A stretch of 64,000 nt of DNA from Candidatus Spechtbacteria bacterium RIFCSPHIGHO2_02_FULL_43_15b (GCA_001819985.1 MHOE01000025.1:5738-69737); one strand, 5' to 3'. Shown: positions 18,344 to 27,337, counted from the first letter of the stretch. The notes: generated by a model not told the origin, from the sequence alone. Translations and numbers: made by a program.

Positions 18344-21300
18344 TTATCGCATCATCTCTGCCATGCCGCAATATTCGCAACCCTTATCGCCGCAAGTTCT
18401 TTCCCAGAATGAAAAATTCAAAATCTCATCGGAAACCTCCAAAATCCTATCCTTTAGCTGACGGATTTCTTCCTCTAATATTACAAATTTTTCCTTGTAC
18501 AATTTGCCAGTTCTTTTTTCAGGTTCGACGAAATCTATCTCTCCCGATACCATTATGGGCTTAAAACCCATTTTTTCCCGAGCGGATTGCGACATTTCGT
18601 CCATAAGAATTTTGTAAAATACCAGCTGTCTTTTTTCGTTCCCCGTCGAGTTCCTGGTTAAGCCGCATAAAGCGTTCCTTGTCTTTCTTTTCCCAGTTTT
18701 GTAGTCAACTACATTCACCTCGCCATTCCCCAAAATTTCGATTTTGTCGATTTTACCCGTAATCCGTACCTTATCCGCAAGTAAAATGTTTTTTATCCCA
18801 AATTCGTTCACGGTATTTTTATACAGAATGTCTTTATAGTTTTCGTAATAACGCGCTAAAGATTCTTTTCCCTTTTCCAAACTTTCCGTGAAATCATGCT
18901 CGCCTATCGGCTCTTTCCAAAGCGCCTGCTCGAAACATTCAAGCAGATAATCTCGGCCTGCTTGGGCTTCATTTTTGGAGCGTAAAACATCAAAAAAGTC
19001 CTTTAACGCGGCGTGCACCGCAGTTCCCAGCATCTCATGCTTTGTTTTCGCGCGAGGAATCTGTAAAAGATTGTTATAAAAATATTTCCACGGGCAAGAA
19101 ATATAATTGTTGAGCGCGGTTGGAGACAGCCCCCTGTTTTGAAAAATGTTTCGCAGAAAATCTTTTTCTTCTTCTCTTACCGTCGGTGTTTTCTTCTCCG
19201 CGAATAAAACACCGTAATTTCTGGCAAAACTGTCTTCGTAAATTTGACTAGTCCCTTCTTCCTTGCTCTCATCAGATATTTCCGTTATGAACTGGCACGG
19301 AAAAAGCTCTCGACCGTCATAGTTTAACCTTGGATAGCTGATGTAAACTTGTTTTCGCGCGCGAGTCAACGCCACATAAAAAAGTCGTCTTTCATCGTCT
19401 TCCGCGTCATAACTGGCGTTTGATTGCGCGCCTATGCCTATATTTTCATACAACGGCAATTTCAGCATTTTTCTGTCTCTTCGCTTGCCCCAATGGCCGT
19501 AGCTGGCTCCCGTTATGAATACATAATCAAACTCCAGACCCTTTGACCTATGAGCCGTCATTAAGCGAACCGCGTTTTTAGGAATATCCAATCTAACATC
19601 GCGAAGTTTTAGATTTTTTGCGGATATAAGTTCCATATGACTTATGAAGTCGCCGATGCTGTAATATTTATTTTCCGCAGAAAGTCTTTTTGAAAGCTGA
19701 AGAAGTTTTCCCACCCTTGCCATTCGCTCAATGTAATCATCTTTTAATAAAATATGTTTAAGCATTCCGGACTCTCTTAGAATTGCCTCCAATGCTTGCG
19801 GAGCGCTTTTGTCTTTTACATAGCGACTTAAATTCTCTAGCTTGCCGTATGCCCTGCTTATCCTTATAGCTTTTGAAATTCCGAGATCCCGCATCCTTTT
19901 AGAACTTCGCATGATATCGTGAATGGAATTAAACTTTATATGCCTTAAAAATTGCCTGGGCTGAATAAGTTTATACGCGTCAAGCGATGGTATCCCGAAA
20001 AAATCTATACTTAAAATCGCGGATAAATTTTCCGAATTGCCAAAATCCGAAACTGCCTTCATTATCCGGAATAAATTTCTGACTTCTTCACCCGAAAGAA
20101 GATCTTCATCCGATTCCACGCGGCACGCGACCCCGCTCTTTTCAAGCATATCCTTTATCCACACAGAATCCTTGTTGTTTCGGTAAAGCACGGATATCTC
20201 CCGCGGCGCGACTCCGGATTTTATAAGCTTTTTTATTTTTTTCGCGACAAAATAATTTTCCAAATTCGTATCCTTAAACGCGTAAACGCGAACTTTTTTT
20301 TCGGGGTGAATCCCCTGCGAAAAAAGCCCTGTTTCTTCTTTAGTCAAAATACCCGAAAGCTTGCGCAAATTATTCTTAGCCACGGATCCCGCCGCATCAA
20401 GAATTGACTGCGTGGACCTGTAATTTTCTTTTAGCGTTATAATCTTCGCCATAGGAAACTTCGTATGAAAATAGAGAAAATTTGCCAGATTTGCCCCTTG
20501 GAACCTGTATATGGATTGCTTTTCATCGCCAACCACGAAAATATTAGGGGTTTCTTCGGCGGAACACAAAAGTTCGATCACCATATTTTGCGCCTGGTTT
20601 GCGTCCTGGTGTTCATCGGCCATAATGTACCTGTATTTTTCCTGAAGTTTCTCGAGTAAAATATTGCCGCTTTTCAACCTCTCTATAAAGCAGAGGATGA
20701 TATCATCATAATCATATCCGCGCTCCAAAAGCGCTTCCTGATATTTTTTGTATGCGAACACGACTTCTTTGTTCTTTTCTATATCCCTTTCAAGAACTCT
20801 GTATTTTACCTTCATTTTCCCTTTGTATGGCCCTTTTTCGTTATACAAATCCTCCATAATTCCAAAATTTTCTTCCTGCTGTTTCACCATCTCATTCAAT
20901 CTTGCCGGACTTACGCCTTCTTTCTTCATATCCGAAAACGCGTTCAGCAACGACTCGGCATACATTAAATTATTTCCGAACGGACGCAAGAGTTTGAAAT
21001 TATTATTCAGTATAACTTTTTCTATTATGCCGACTTGCGAAATTTCATCTACTAAATTTTTTCTAAAAAATTGCGGAAAATCATCCGGGTTTTCTTTGAT
21101 AATTTCGTTGCAGAATGAATGAAATGTTGAGATGCAAATATGGTATGCGGCCTGTCCAAGCATACTTATCAGGCGTTCGCGCATTACCGAAACTCCGCTG
21201 TCGGTAAAAGTAAGCGCCAGAATTTCTTCCGGCTTCGCTTTCCCTTTAAGCATAATGTTCGCTGTGCGCAATATGAGAACCTGCGTTTTCCCGGTCCCGG

Positions 21301-21400
21301 GTCCCGCAACAACCATTACCGGGCCGTCTAAACTGTCCACGGCTTCTTTTTGTTCTCGGTTTAAACGGCTATAAAATTGTTGAAATTCTTTTGCGTTCAT
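18344..21400 (-). CDS. UvrD/PcrA-family SF1 helicase fused to a C-terminal PD-(D/E)XK nuclease
   Basis: AGPGTGKT, LTFT, DEHQD, VGDEKQSIYRFQGA, ENYRS, MTAHRSKGLEFD, ERRLFYVALTRA; nuclease GKID...VDYKTG; start could also be 21457. Confidence 0.92.
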   Translation of the reverse strand: MNAKEFQQFYSRLNREQKEAVDSLDGPVMVVAGPGTGKTQVLILRTANIMLKGKAKPEEILALTFTDSGVSVMRERLISMLGQAAYHICISTFHSFCNEIIKENPDDFPQFFRKNLVDEISQVGIIEKVILNNNFKLLRPFGNNLMYAESLLNAFSDMKKEGVSPARLNEMVKQQEENFGIMEDLYNEKGPYKGKMKVKYRVLERDIEKNKEVVFAYKKYQEALLERGYDYDDIILCFIERLKSGNILLEKLQEKYRYIMADEHQDANQAQNMVIELLCSAEETPNIFVVGDEKQSIYRFQGANLANFLYFHTKFPMAKIITLKENYRSTQSILDAAGSVAKNNLRKLSGILTKEETGLFSQGIHPEKKVRVYAFKDTNLENYFVAKKIKKLIKSGVAPREISVLYRNNKDSVWIKDMLEKSGVACRVESDEDLLSGEEVRNLFRIMKAVSDFGNSENLSAILSIDFFGIPSLDAYKLIQPRQFLRHIKFNSIHDIMRSSKRMRDLGISKAIRISRAYGKLENLSRYVKDKSAPQALEAILRESGMLKHILLKDDYIERMARVGKLLQLSKRLSAENKYYSIGDFISHMELISAKNLKLRDVRLDIPKNAVRLMTAHRSKGLEFDYVFITGASYGHWGKRRDRKMLKLPLYENIGIGAQSNASYDAEDDERRLFYVALTRARKQVYISYPRLNYDGRELFPCQFITEISDESKEEGTSQIYEDSFARNYGVLFAEKKTPTVREEEKDFLRNIFQNRGLSPTALNNYISCPWKYFYNNLLQIPRAKTKHEMLGTAVHAALKDFFDVLRSKNEAQAGRDYLLECFEQALWKEPIGEHDFTESLEKGKESLARYYENYKDILYKNTVNEFGIKNILLADKVRITGKIDKIEILGNGEVNVVDYKTGKRKTRNALCGLTRNSTGNEKRQLVFYKILMDEMSQSAREKMGFKPIMVSGEIDFVEPEKRTGKLYKEKFVILEEEIRQLKDRILEVSDEILNFSFWERTCGDKGCEYCGMAEMMR

Positions 21401-21558
21401 TGCATTTGAAACTTTCGCTCGCCGAACCTTTTTTCGGCCTGTATGCGAATAATGCATAAAAAACGGTTTCCTCGTTTATGTTTCGCTAAAAACAATTCAA
21501 TCTTTAGTGAATGTGTATTTTACGAAAATTAAATGGCCCATACGACCCTTAATTGTCT

Positions 21559-22296
21559 TCAGATTGTGAAGTTTGTTTCAAAATTAAGAAGCTTGCCCCA
21601 TGTCTCAAAAAGCTTCTTTGTTGTTATGACATCCTCAAAACAATAACGGGCGATCTCTTCGTACTTTCCGTCCTCAAACGCTTTCGGCACTTCTTCGCCT
21701 GTTATATCCCCGTCTTTGGGACTTTTAACTCCAAATGCTTTCGCGGCGAAGTGAAGACCGGTTCTTCTAATCGCGCCGTAGAAAGTAAACTGATCCGACA
21801 GGTCAATATGCTGGGGACCGTATTTCTGCATTGAAACATAACGATTTGGCATTAGATTTCTAGACGGCTTAATACCCCAAATCGCGGAACGAATCAAGAG
21901 GTATGGCGCGTCGAAACATCTTCCGTTGAAAGTCACAAAAACAAAATAATTCCTCGCTACTTCCCAAAATCTTTCCAGTATCTCTTTTTCCGTACCAGAC
22001 CAGTAGTGAATTCCGCTTTCCTCAAAATCGGACGAGCCGGTCGCGTCCGGATGGCTCCCATCCCTTCGAAAATAAACCGCTCCTTTATTTTTATCGTCCA
22101 GCATTCCAATTGCCACTATCTCGCCTAAAAACGGCGAAAGCGGAAGACCCTTTTTAATATTCTCAAGACCTTTTTCAATCTGTTCGTCGCTTTCAGCGTC
22201 TCTTCCCGCCCATTTTTTGAAAGTTGCTATGCTTGTTTCATCGAAATCCTCGTATTTTTTCCCGATTGTTTCGATATCTAAAACTAAATAAGACAT
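21559..22296 (-). CDS. PolB-type/RNase H-like 3'-5' exonuclease (DEDDy)
   Basis: ExoI VLDIET, ExoII TFNGRCFD, HIDL, ExoIII YCFEDV. Confidence 0.85.
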   Translation of the reverse strand: MSYLVLDIETIGKKYEDFDETSIATFKKWAGRDAESDEQIEKGLENIKKGLPLSPFLGEIVAIGMLDDKNKGAVYFRRDGSHPDATGSSDFEESGIHYWSGTEKEILERFWEVARNYFVFVTFNGRCFDAPYLLIRSAIWGIKPSRNLMPNRYVSMQKYGPQHIDLSDQFTFYGAIRRTGLHFAAKAFGVKSPKDGDITGEEVPKAFEDGKYEEIARYCFEDVITTKKLFETWGKLLNFETNFTI

Positions 22297-22379
22297 GATA
22301 GAAATGGCGCGTGTCGGTTATACCGAAATCGCGAAGATTTGTTTCGCGAAAACACGCTACCACAAATTGCAATAATCCA

Positions 22380-22757
22380 TTAGGGTTCTAAAATTTCTTT
22401 TACTTTCTTTACTAATTCCTCGGGGCTGTAATCCACCTTGAGGATGTAATCGCTGACTCCAAGCCGCAGAGATTCGAGTACGGTTTCGTTGCTTTTCAAA
22501 TTAGTAAGTATTAAAACAGGCATATCCGACGCTGTCGCATCTTTCCTGATTTCCCTAAGAATAGAAATACCGTCCATTTTAGGCAGTATGAGATCCAATA
22601 AAATTAAATCAGGTCTGTTTTCTTTGAACTTTTTAAGGCCGCTTTCGCCGTCTTCAGCGACAAAAACATTATATCCCTCTTCGCTAAGACGGTTGTTTAG
22701 AATCCGCAAGATAACGGAGTCGTCTTCTATGAGCAAGATTGTTTTTTTGTCAGCCAT
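22380..22757 (-). CDS. Stand-alone response regulator receiver protein
   Basis: ILLIEDD, PDLILLDLILPKMDG, ILTN, DYILK; no output domain. Confidence 0.92.
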   Translation of the reverse strand: MADKKTILLIEDDSVILRILNNRLSEEGYNVFVAEDGESGLKKFKENRPDLILLDLILPKMDGISILREIRKDATASDMPVLILTNLKSNETVLESLRLGVSDYILKVDYSPEELVKKVKEILEP

Positions 22758-22960
22758 ACTCTAAACTACCGCCAATTCAAAACATTGCCGAAATCGACGA
22801 TAACTGTTTTTAACTTTACTTTTAACATAACACTCATTTATATTTTAACCTCTTAATTCTAGCATACGCGTTCGCGCGAAGGCAATACGCGCCTTACGCA
22901 AAAACCTATTTTTTTATAAATTGCTTTGCGACTATTTTAGATAACTAATAAATAAAACAA

Positions 22961-22990
22961 CAAAAAAGGCGAATGCGCATCGCCTTTTGT
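22961..22990 (-). terminator. Intrinsic terminator downstream of the high-GC gene
   Basis: Minus strand AAAAGGCGA-tgcgcat-TCGCCTTTTTTG. Confidence 0.75.
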
Positions 22991-23042
22991 TAATTAACTA
23001 AAGAATGAAAACCATTCACGCTACCTTTTCACGGAAGTGTAG

Positions 23043-23107
23043 GTAGCCCAAATTTTGCTGACTCAAGGAGTCAAAAGACCCAAGAGTTCGAGTTTTCGAG
23101 GGGCTAC
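23043..23107. other. Hairpin region just 3' of the putative variable region (DGR cruciform-like)
   Basis: TGACTC-aag-GAGTCA (23059-23073) nested within the inverted pair GTAGCCC (23043-49)/GGGCTAC (23101-07). Confidence 0.5.
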
Positions 23108-23961
23108 TGCGAGACGAACCCCGAGGCCGAGCCACAGAGCTTGTCGGCACTGCAGACCAAGCTGACGACGAACCTGACCTCGCCGCCGTAGAATCTGAAG
23201 GTCGGCGCGCGCGAGAAGTCGCCATCGGCGTCCGGACTGTACTCGTCACTGGGGCAGTCGATGTGCAACCGATCCTGCTGAACGAGCCGCTCGGGATGCG
23301 ACAGAATCATGCACCCCGTGATAAACGACCCGAGGCCGAACTCGTGGGGAGCGTAGACCACGCGCACCCGCCGGATGGACCGACCCCGATGGGTCAGACC
23401 GAACTGCGCCGGGATCAGCAGAAAGTCGCCCTTCTGCTTATCGCCGATCATCTGGAGCGCGACAGCCGTCCGCTCGGATAGCCGCAGGTACTTCGGGCCG
23501 AGTGCGCCTTTGTAGTAGTTGTGGAAGGTGCGGGTTTTGTCGATCAGGTCAAGGACCTTCTCGACAGCCTCGTTGTACGAGGACGCAACCTTCTCCCACC
23601 GCGGAACGGCGAACCAACCTTCCGCGCCAGCGGGCAGAGCCGGAAGCTCCTTGAAGTAGGCCAACACCGAACTGGCGTTGAGACCGTTGAAGTGCTTGGA
23701 AAGCTCCACGAGCTGTTCCAAGACCGGCTTCACGGCGTACCCCTGCGGATAGCCGTAGTTGGACTGCACCTCTTCTTCGGCGAAAAACGGACTCGCCGTG
23801 ACGAGAGGTCTCGAGGTCACTTCCGTGGCCTCGACGATGGACTGCAGGGATCTCGCGACTCCACTCGGATCGAGCGTGCCTTCCAACAGACGACGCTGGA
23901 CTTCCCACATACGGCGGGAAATCGTTCCAAGAATGTCGTCTGCGACGATGTGAGTCGTCAT
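23104..23961 (-). CDS. High-GC hypothetical protein, candidate DGR target (C-terminal variable region)
   Basis: ATG 23961 with AAAAGGAGGT SD; one sampled 60-nt line is 36/60 GC versus about 40% in the flanks; C-terminus DCPSDEYSPDADGDFSRAP.F.F..GEV.F.....GSASGF; A-poor 3' end. Confidence 0.7.
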   Translation of the reverse strand: MTTHIVADDILGTISRRMWEVQRRLLEGTLDPSGVARSLQSIVEATEVTSRPLVTASPFFAEEEVQSNYGYPQGYAVKPVLEQLVELSKHFNGLNASSVLAYFKELPALPAGAEGWFAVPRWEKVASSYNEAVEKVLDLIDKTRTFHNYYKGALGPKYLRLSERTAVALQMIGDKQKGDFLLIPAQFGLTHRGRSIRRVRVVYAPHEFGLGSFITGCMILSHPERLVQQDRLHIDCPSDEYSPDADGDFSRAPTFRFYGGEVRFVVSLVCSADKLCGSASGFVSQ

Positions 23962-24019
23962 GGTGACAACCTCCTTTTGATTTGCGAGATTCGCCCTCGC
24001 TGTTGCGGCCCGCCTCGAC

Positions 24020-24072
24020 ATGAGGTAAGCGCGTTAGGCATAACAGCATTACGCCCAGTGCGCTTACCTCAT
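24020..24072. promoter_or_regulatory. Long hairpin in the 5' leader of the high-GC gene
   Basis: Perfect 13-bp outer stem ATGAGGTAAGCGC/GCGCTTACCTCAT plus an imperfect 11-position inner stem and a 5-nt loop. Confidence 0.7.
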
Positions 24073-24110
24073 AAAAATAGCCCTCTTTTCAATGTGTGAT
24101 TTACTGCTAA

Positions 24111-24139
24111 AATATAGCAGATTACATCTAATTTGTCGA
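24111..24139 (-). promoter_or_regulatory. Putative sigma-70 promoter for the high-GC gene
   Basis: Minus strand TCGACA-17 nt-TATATT with extended TG. Confidence 0.55.
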
Positions 24140-24273
24140 TATTCCGGAATCTCAAAATAATTAGCGGGGTTATAAAACTTATCATTACTGCCCATGACAC
24201 TTCTACATTTTATTGACTACCCCGCACGAATCAATTAACATAAATGTAGAATCTTTTGTCAGGGGAGAATGTG

Positions 24274-24525
24274 ATGTCTGCAATGCCTAAAATAAATGAT
24301 GATGTCTATGTCCCAACAATTTCCGATGACAATAATATATACTATGTCGGTGGGCTCGCCAAAGTAGTTAAAATTATCGCTGGCCAAATTATCGTTGAAG
24401 AACACAATAGTGCAAATTATCGCTGGAAAAACGGACTAGATGCCATGCAAGAATCTTTGAAAAAACAATTCGGAAATCAGCGAGCCTCTAGTACCGGCAT
24501 CATACCTCCATGCCCTCTTGAATGA
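24274..24525 (+). CDS. Small hypothetical protein
   Basis: GGGGAG SD before ATG 24274; fills the gap before the convergent secA stop; only likely plus-strand gene in the left half. Confidence 0.6.
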   Translation: MSAMPKINDDVYVPTISDDNNIYYVGGLAKVVKIIAGQIIVEEHNSANYRWKNGLDAMQESLKKQFGNQRASSTGIIPPCPLE

Positions 24526-24535
24526 GGGCATTTTC

Positions 24536-27337
24536 CTATCCCAATTTCCCATGACACTTTTTATATTTTTTTCCCGATCCGCACCAACAAGGGTCGTTTC
24601 GACCCACCCTATTTGTGCCCTGCGGAACTTTTACTGAAGCTGAATCATTTTCCAAAAGATTACCGGCGCTCACATCATTTTCCGGACTTGATTCCGTAAC
24701 GCCAGCATCGCTTTGCTTCGACGATTGCCTCAATTCCACTTTGAATATAGTATTTACGACTTGCGATCTTATAGTATCAAGCAACCTTACAAACATTTCA
24801 CGCCCCTCGCGTTTATATTCAACCAACGGATCTTTTTGCCCATACGCGCGAAGACGCACGCTGTCGCGCAAATATTCCATAGCGTCCAGATGATCCATCC
24901 ACAAAATATCTATCGTGCGTATAAGCACGAATTTTTCCAATTCCCGCATCGCCTTTTCGCCCGATTTTTCTTCCTTTTCCCCATAAACTTGCTTCGCTTT
25001 CCCAAAAATAATAGCCATCAAATTCGTTTTTAGATCATCCGCGTCCTCTTTTTTTTGAATTGCGCCAAACAATTGCTGGTGGAAATCGCTCGGCAAAGGA
25101 AAAATACTTTTTATATTTTCATAAATTTCTTCTATATTCCACTCCGCGGGATGCCCCGCGCCTGTGTGAAAATTTACGACAGCTTGGATTTCTTCTTCTA
25201 GGAGATTCAAAATTTCCCGCTTCGTATCGTAATCTGGCTTTAAGATATTGATGCGCCTGCCGTATATTGTCTGCCTTTGCTTGTTCAAAACTTCGTCATA
25301 TTCCAAAACATGCTTTCTTGTGTCGAAGTGAAATCCCTCAATCTTGCCCTGCGCGGACTCGATAGCGCCTGAAATCATACCGCTTGCTATCGGCTGGTCT
25401 TCCGGAATTCGCAGAGTTTCCATAAGGCGCTTTATTCTATCGCCGCCAAATACGCGCATTAAATCATCATCGAGCGACACAAAAAATTGAGATTCGCCGG
25501 GGTCTCCCTGACGCCCCGCGCGACCTCGCAACTGATTATCTATTCTTCGCGCTTCATGTCGTTCGGTTCCCAACACAAACAGTCCTCCGGCTTCGCAGAC
25601 CTTTTTGGCCTCCTCTGGCGAGGGAGGATTTCCTCCTAAAATAATGTCCACGCCTCGGCCCGCCATATTAGTAGCTACCGTCACAGCATCCTTTCGTCCG
25701 GCTTGAGCTATAATTTCTCCCTCTCTTTCATGATTTTTCGCGTTCAAAACCTCATGCTTTATTCCGGCTTTTTGTAAAAATGTCGAAACGACTTCATTAT
25801 TCTGAATGGATGTCGTGCCAATTAAGATTGGCTGACCCTTTTCATGGCGTTTTTTAACCTCCTCCACCATCGCTCTCATTTTTCCCGCCCGGCTCCTAAA
25901 AACAAAGTCCGGGCTGTCTTTTCTTATCATTGGCTTATTTGTGGGTATTGAAACTATCTCGATTTTATAAACTCTGTCGAATTCTTCCGCGGATGTCATA
26001 GCAGTGCCTGTCATTCCGGCAAGCTTCTCGTACATTCGAAAATAATTCTGGAAAGTGATTGAGGCAAGCGTCCTTGATTCTTTCTGCACCTCCACATTCT
26101 CCTTTGCTTCAAGCGCCTGATGCAGACCTTCTGAATATCGCCGGCCGGGCATTAAACGGCCGGTAAACTCGTCAACTATTATAACCTCCCCATTTTTTAC
26201 AACATAATCTTTGTCCTTTCTAAAAAGGGTGTGAGCTCGAAGCGCTTGCTCTAATTGATGCGCATACCTGATCCCTCCGCCCTTGGCGGGATCGTAAATA
26301 TTTTCTATTCCTAAAATTTTTTCCAGTTTGGAAATCCCATTTTCCGTGATAGTTGCGGCGCGCATTTTTTCGTCAACATTGTAATCTTCGCCTTCCTTAA
26401 GTTGCGGCACAATTTGTGAAAATGTCTTATACAAGGATGTGGATTCCGCATCCGGAGCGGAAATTATAAGGGGAGTACGGGCTTCATCTATTAAAATGGA
26501 GTCCACCTCGTCAACAATTGCAAAATAGTGCGAGCGCTGAACCATCTGATCCAAAGAGTGCGCTAAGTTATCACGAAGATAATCAAATCCAAATTCATTA
26601 TTTGTGCCGTAAGTGATATCCGCATCGTACGCCTCCTTCCGCGTACAGGGACGAAGATAACTGTCCTCCACCTTAAAAGCGCCGAGAGTGTCCCTTGCCT
26701 CGTCCCGTTTGGAATTTTGCTTGTCCGCAGAAACTTCATTTAATCCCGCGCCATTGATATTTGATTCACCGTTTATAATCGGAAATTGGCTGTTTCGAAC
26801 TTTGTAAGCCGCGTCGTAAATAAATGCCGAATCATGGACTATGCACCCGATGCTCAAACCTAGGATATTGTAAATCTGACCCATCCACACCGCGTCTCTT
26901 TTTGCCAAATAATCATTTACAGTAACGACATGAACGCCTTTTCCCGTGAGCGCGTTTAAGCAAACCGAAGTTGTCGCGGCAAGCGTTTTTCCTTCACCCG
27001 TACGCATTTCGGCGATTTTTCCCTGATGCAACACAACCCCGCCCATTAGCTGAACATCATAATGCCGCTGTCCTAGAGTGCGTTTTGCCGCTTCACGAAC
27101 AAGTGCGAATGCAATTGGCAAAATTTCATCAAGTTTCTGCGCGAAACTAGCGGGGTCTGACCCCGTTAGTTTTGGGGGTCTCAATTCATTAGCCAGCTCA
27201 CTGCTTTTTTGCCTCAATTCCGCATCCGAAAAAGTCGCGATTTCCAGCTCAAACGCGTTTATTCTATCTACGACTCCATTTAACTTTTTTATTTCCTTCT
27301 CGTTGGGATCGCCGAGAATTTTAGAAAATAAGCTCAT
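24536..27337 (-). CDS. secA: Preprotein translocase ATPase SecA with C-terminal SEC-C zinc motif
   Basis: AEMRTGEGKT, VTVNDYLA, FDYLRDN, IVDEVDSILIDEARTPL, ATNMAGRG, RRIDNQLRGRAGRQGDPG, GRNDPCWCGSGKKYKKCH. Confidence 0.98.
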   Translation of the reverse strand: MSLFSKILGDPNEKEIKKLNGVVDRINAFELEIATFSDAELRQKSSELANELRPPKLTGSDPASFAQKLDEILPIAFALVREAAKRTLGQRHYDVQLMGGVVLHQGKIAEMRTGEGKTLAATTSVCLNALTGKGVHVVTVNDYLAKRDAVWMGQIYNILGLSIGCIVHDSAFIYDAAYKVRNSQFPIINGESNINGAGLNEVSADKQNSKRDEARDTLGAFKVEDSYLRPCTRKEAYDADITYGTNNEFGFDYLRDNLAHSLDQMVQRSHYFAIVDEVDSILIDEARTPLIISAPDAESTSLYKTFSQIVPQLKEGEDYNVDEKMRAATITENGISKLEKILGIENIYDPAKGGGIRYAHQLEQALRAHTLFRKDKDYVVKNGEVIIVDEFTGRLMPGRRYSEGLHQALEAKENVEVQKESRTLASITFQNYFRMYEKLAGMTGTAMTSAEEFDRVYKIEIVSIPTNKPMIRKDSPDFVFRSRAGKMRAMVEEVKKRHEKGQPILIGTTSIQNNEVVSTFLQKAGIKHEVLNAKNHEREGEIIAQAGRKDAVTVATNMAGRGVDIILGGNPPSPEEAKKVCEAGGLFVLGTERHEARRIDNQLRGRAGRQGDPGESQFFVSLDDDLMRVFGGDRIKRLMETLRIPEDQPIASGMISGAIESAQGKIEGFHFDTRKHVLEYDEVLNKQRQTIYGRRINILKPDYDTKREILNLLEEEIQAVVNFHTGAGHPAEWNIEEIYENIKSIFPLPSDFHQQLFGAIQKKEDADDLKTNLMAIIFGKAKQVYGEKEEKSGEKAMRELEKFVLIRTIDILWMDHLDAMEYLRDSVRLRAYGQKDPLVEYKREGREMFVRLLDTIRSQVVNTIFKVELRQSSKQSDAGVTESSPENDVSAGNLLENDSASVKVPQGTNRVGRNDPCWCGSGKKYKKCHGKLG
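27142..27174. repeat. REP-like palindrome embedded in frame in secA
   Basis: AAACTAGCGGGGTC-t-GACCCCGTTAGTTT (14-bp arms, one mismatch), encoding KLTGSDPASF. Confidence 0.7.

Noticed and set aside
18344-19130. Cas4-like nuclease as evidence of CRISPR-Cas
   Set aside because: It is the C-terminal domain of a UvrD fusion; no cas1/cas2 or array in the window
23016-24099. Overlapping alternative ORFs (23016-23249, 23263-23481, 23521-24099, 23549-24049, 23759-23953)
   Set aside because: Expected by-products of high GC; only the 23104-23961 frame has a clear SD, promoter and terminator
22757-24256. A complete DGR cassette (RT, Avd, template repeat) around the high-GC gene
   Set aside because: No RT ORF and no AAC-rich copy of the variable region was seen by eye in the flanks or elsewhere in the window; only a candidate target is claimed
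26650-26815. Intein or intron in secA
   Set aside because: The insert is short and in frame and lacks the Cys/Ser...His-Asn splice motifs
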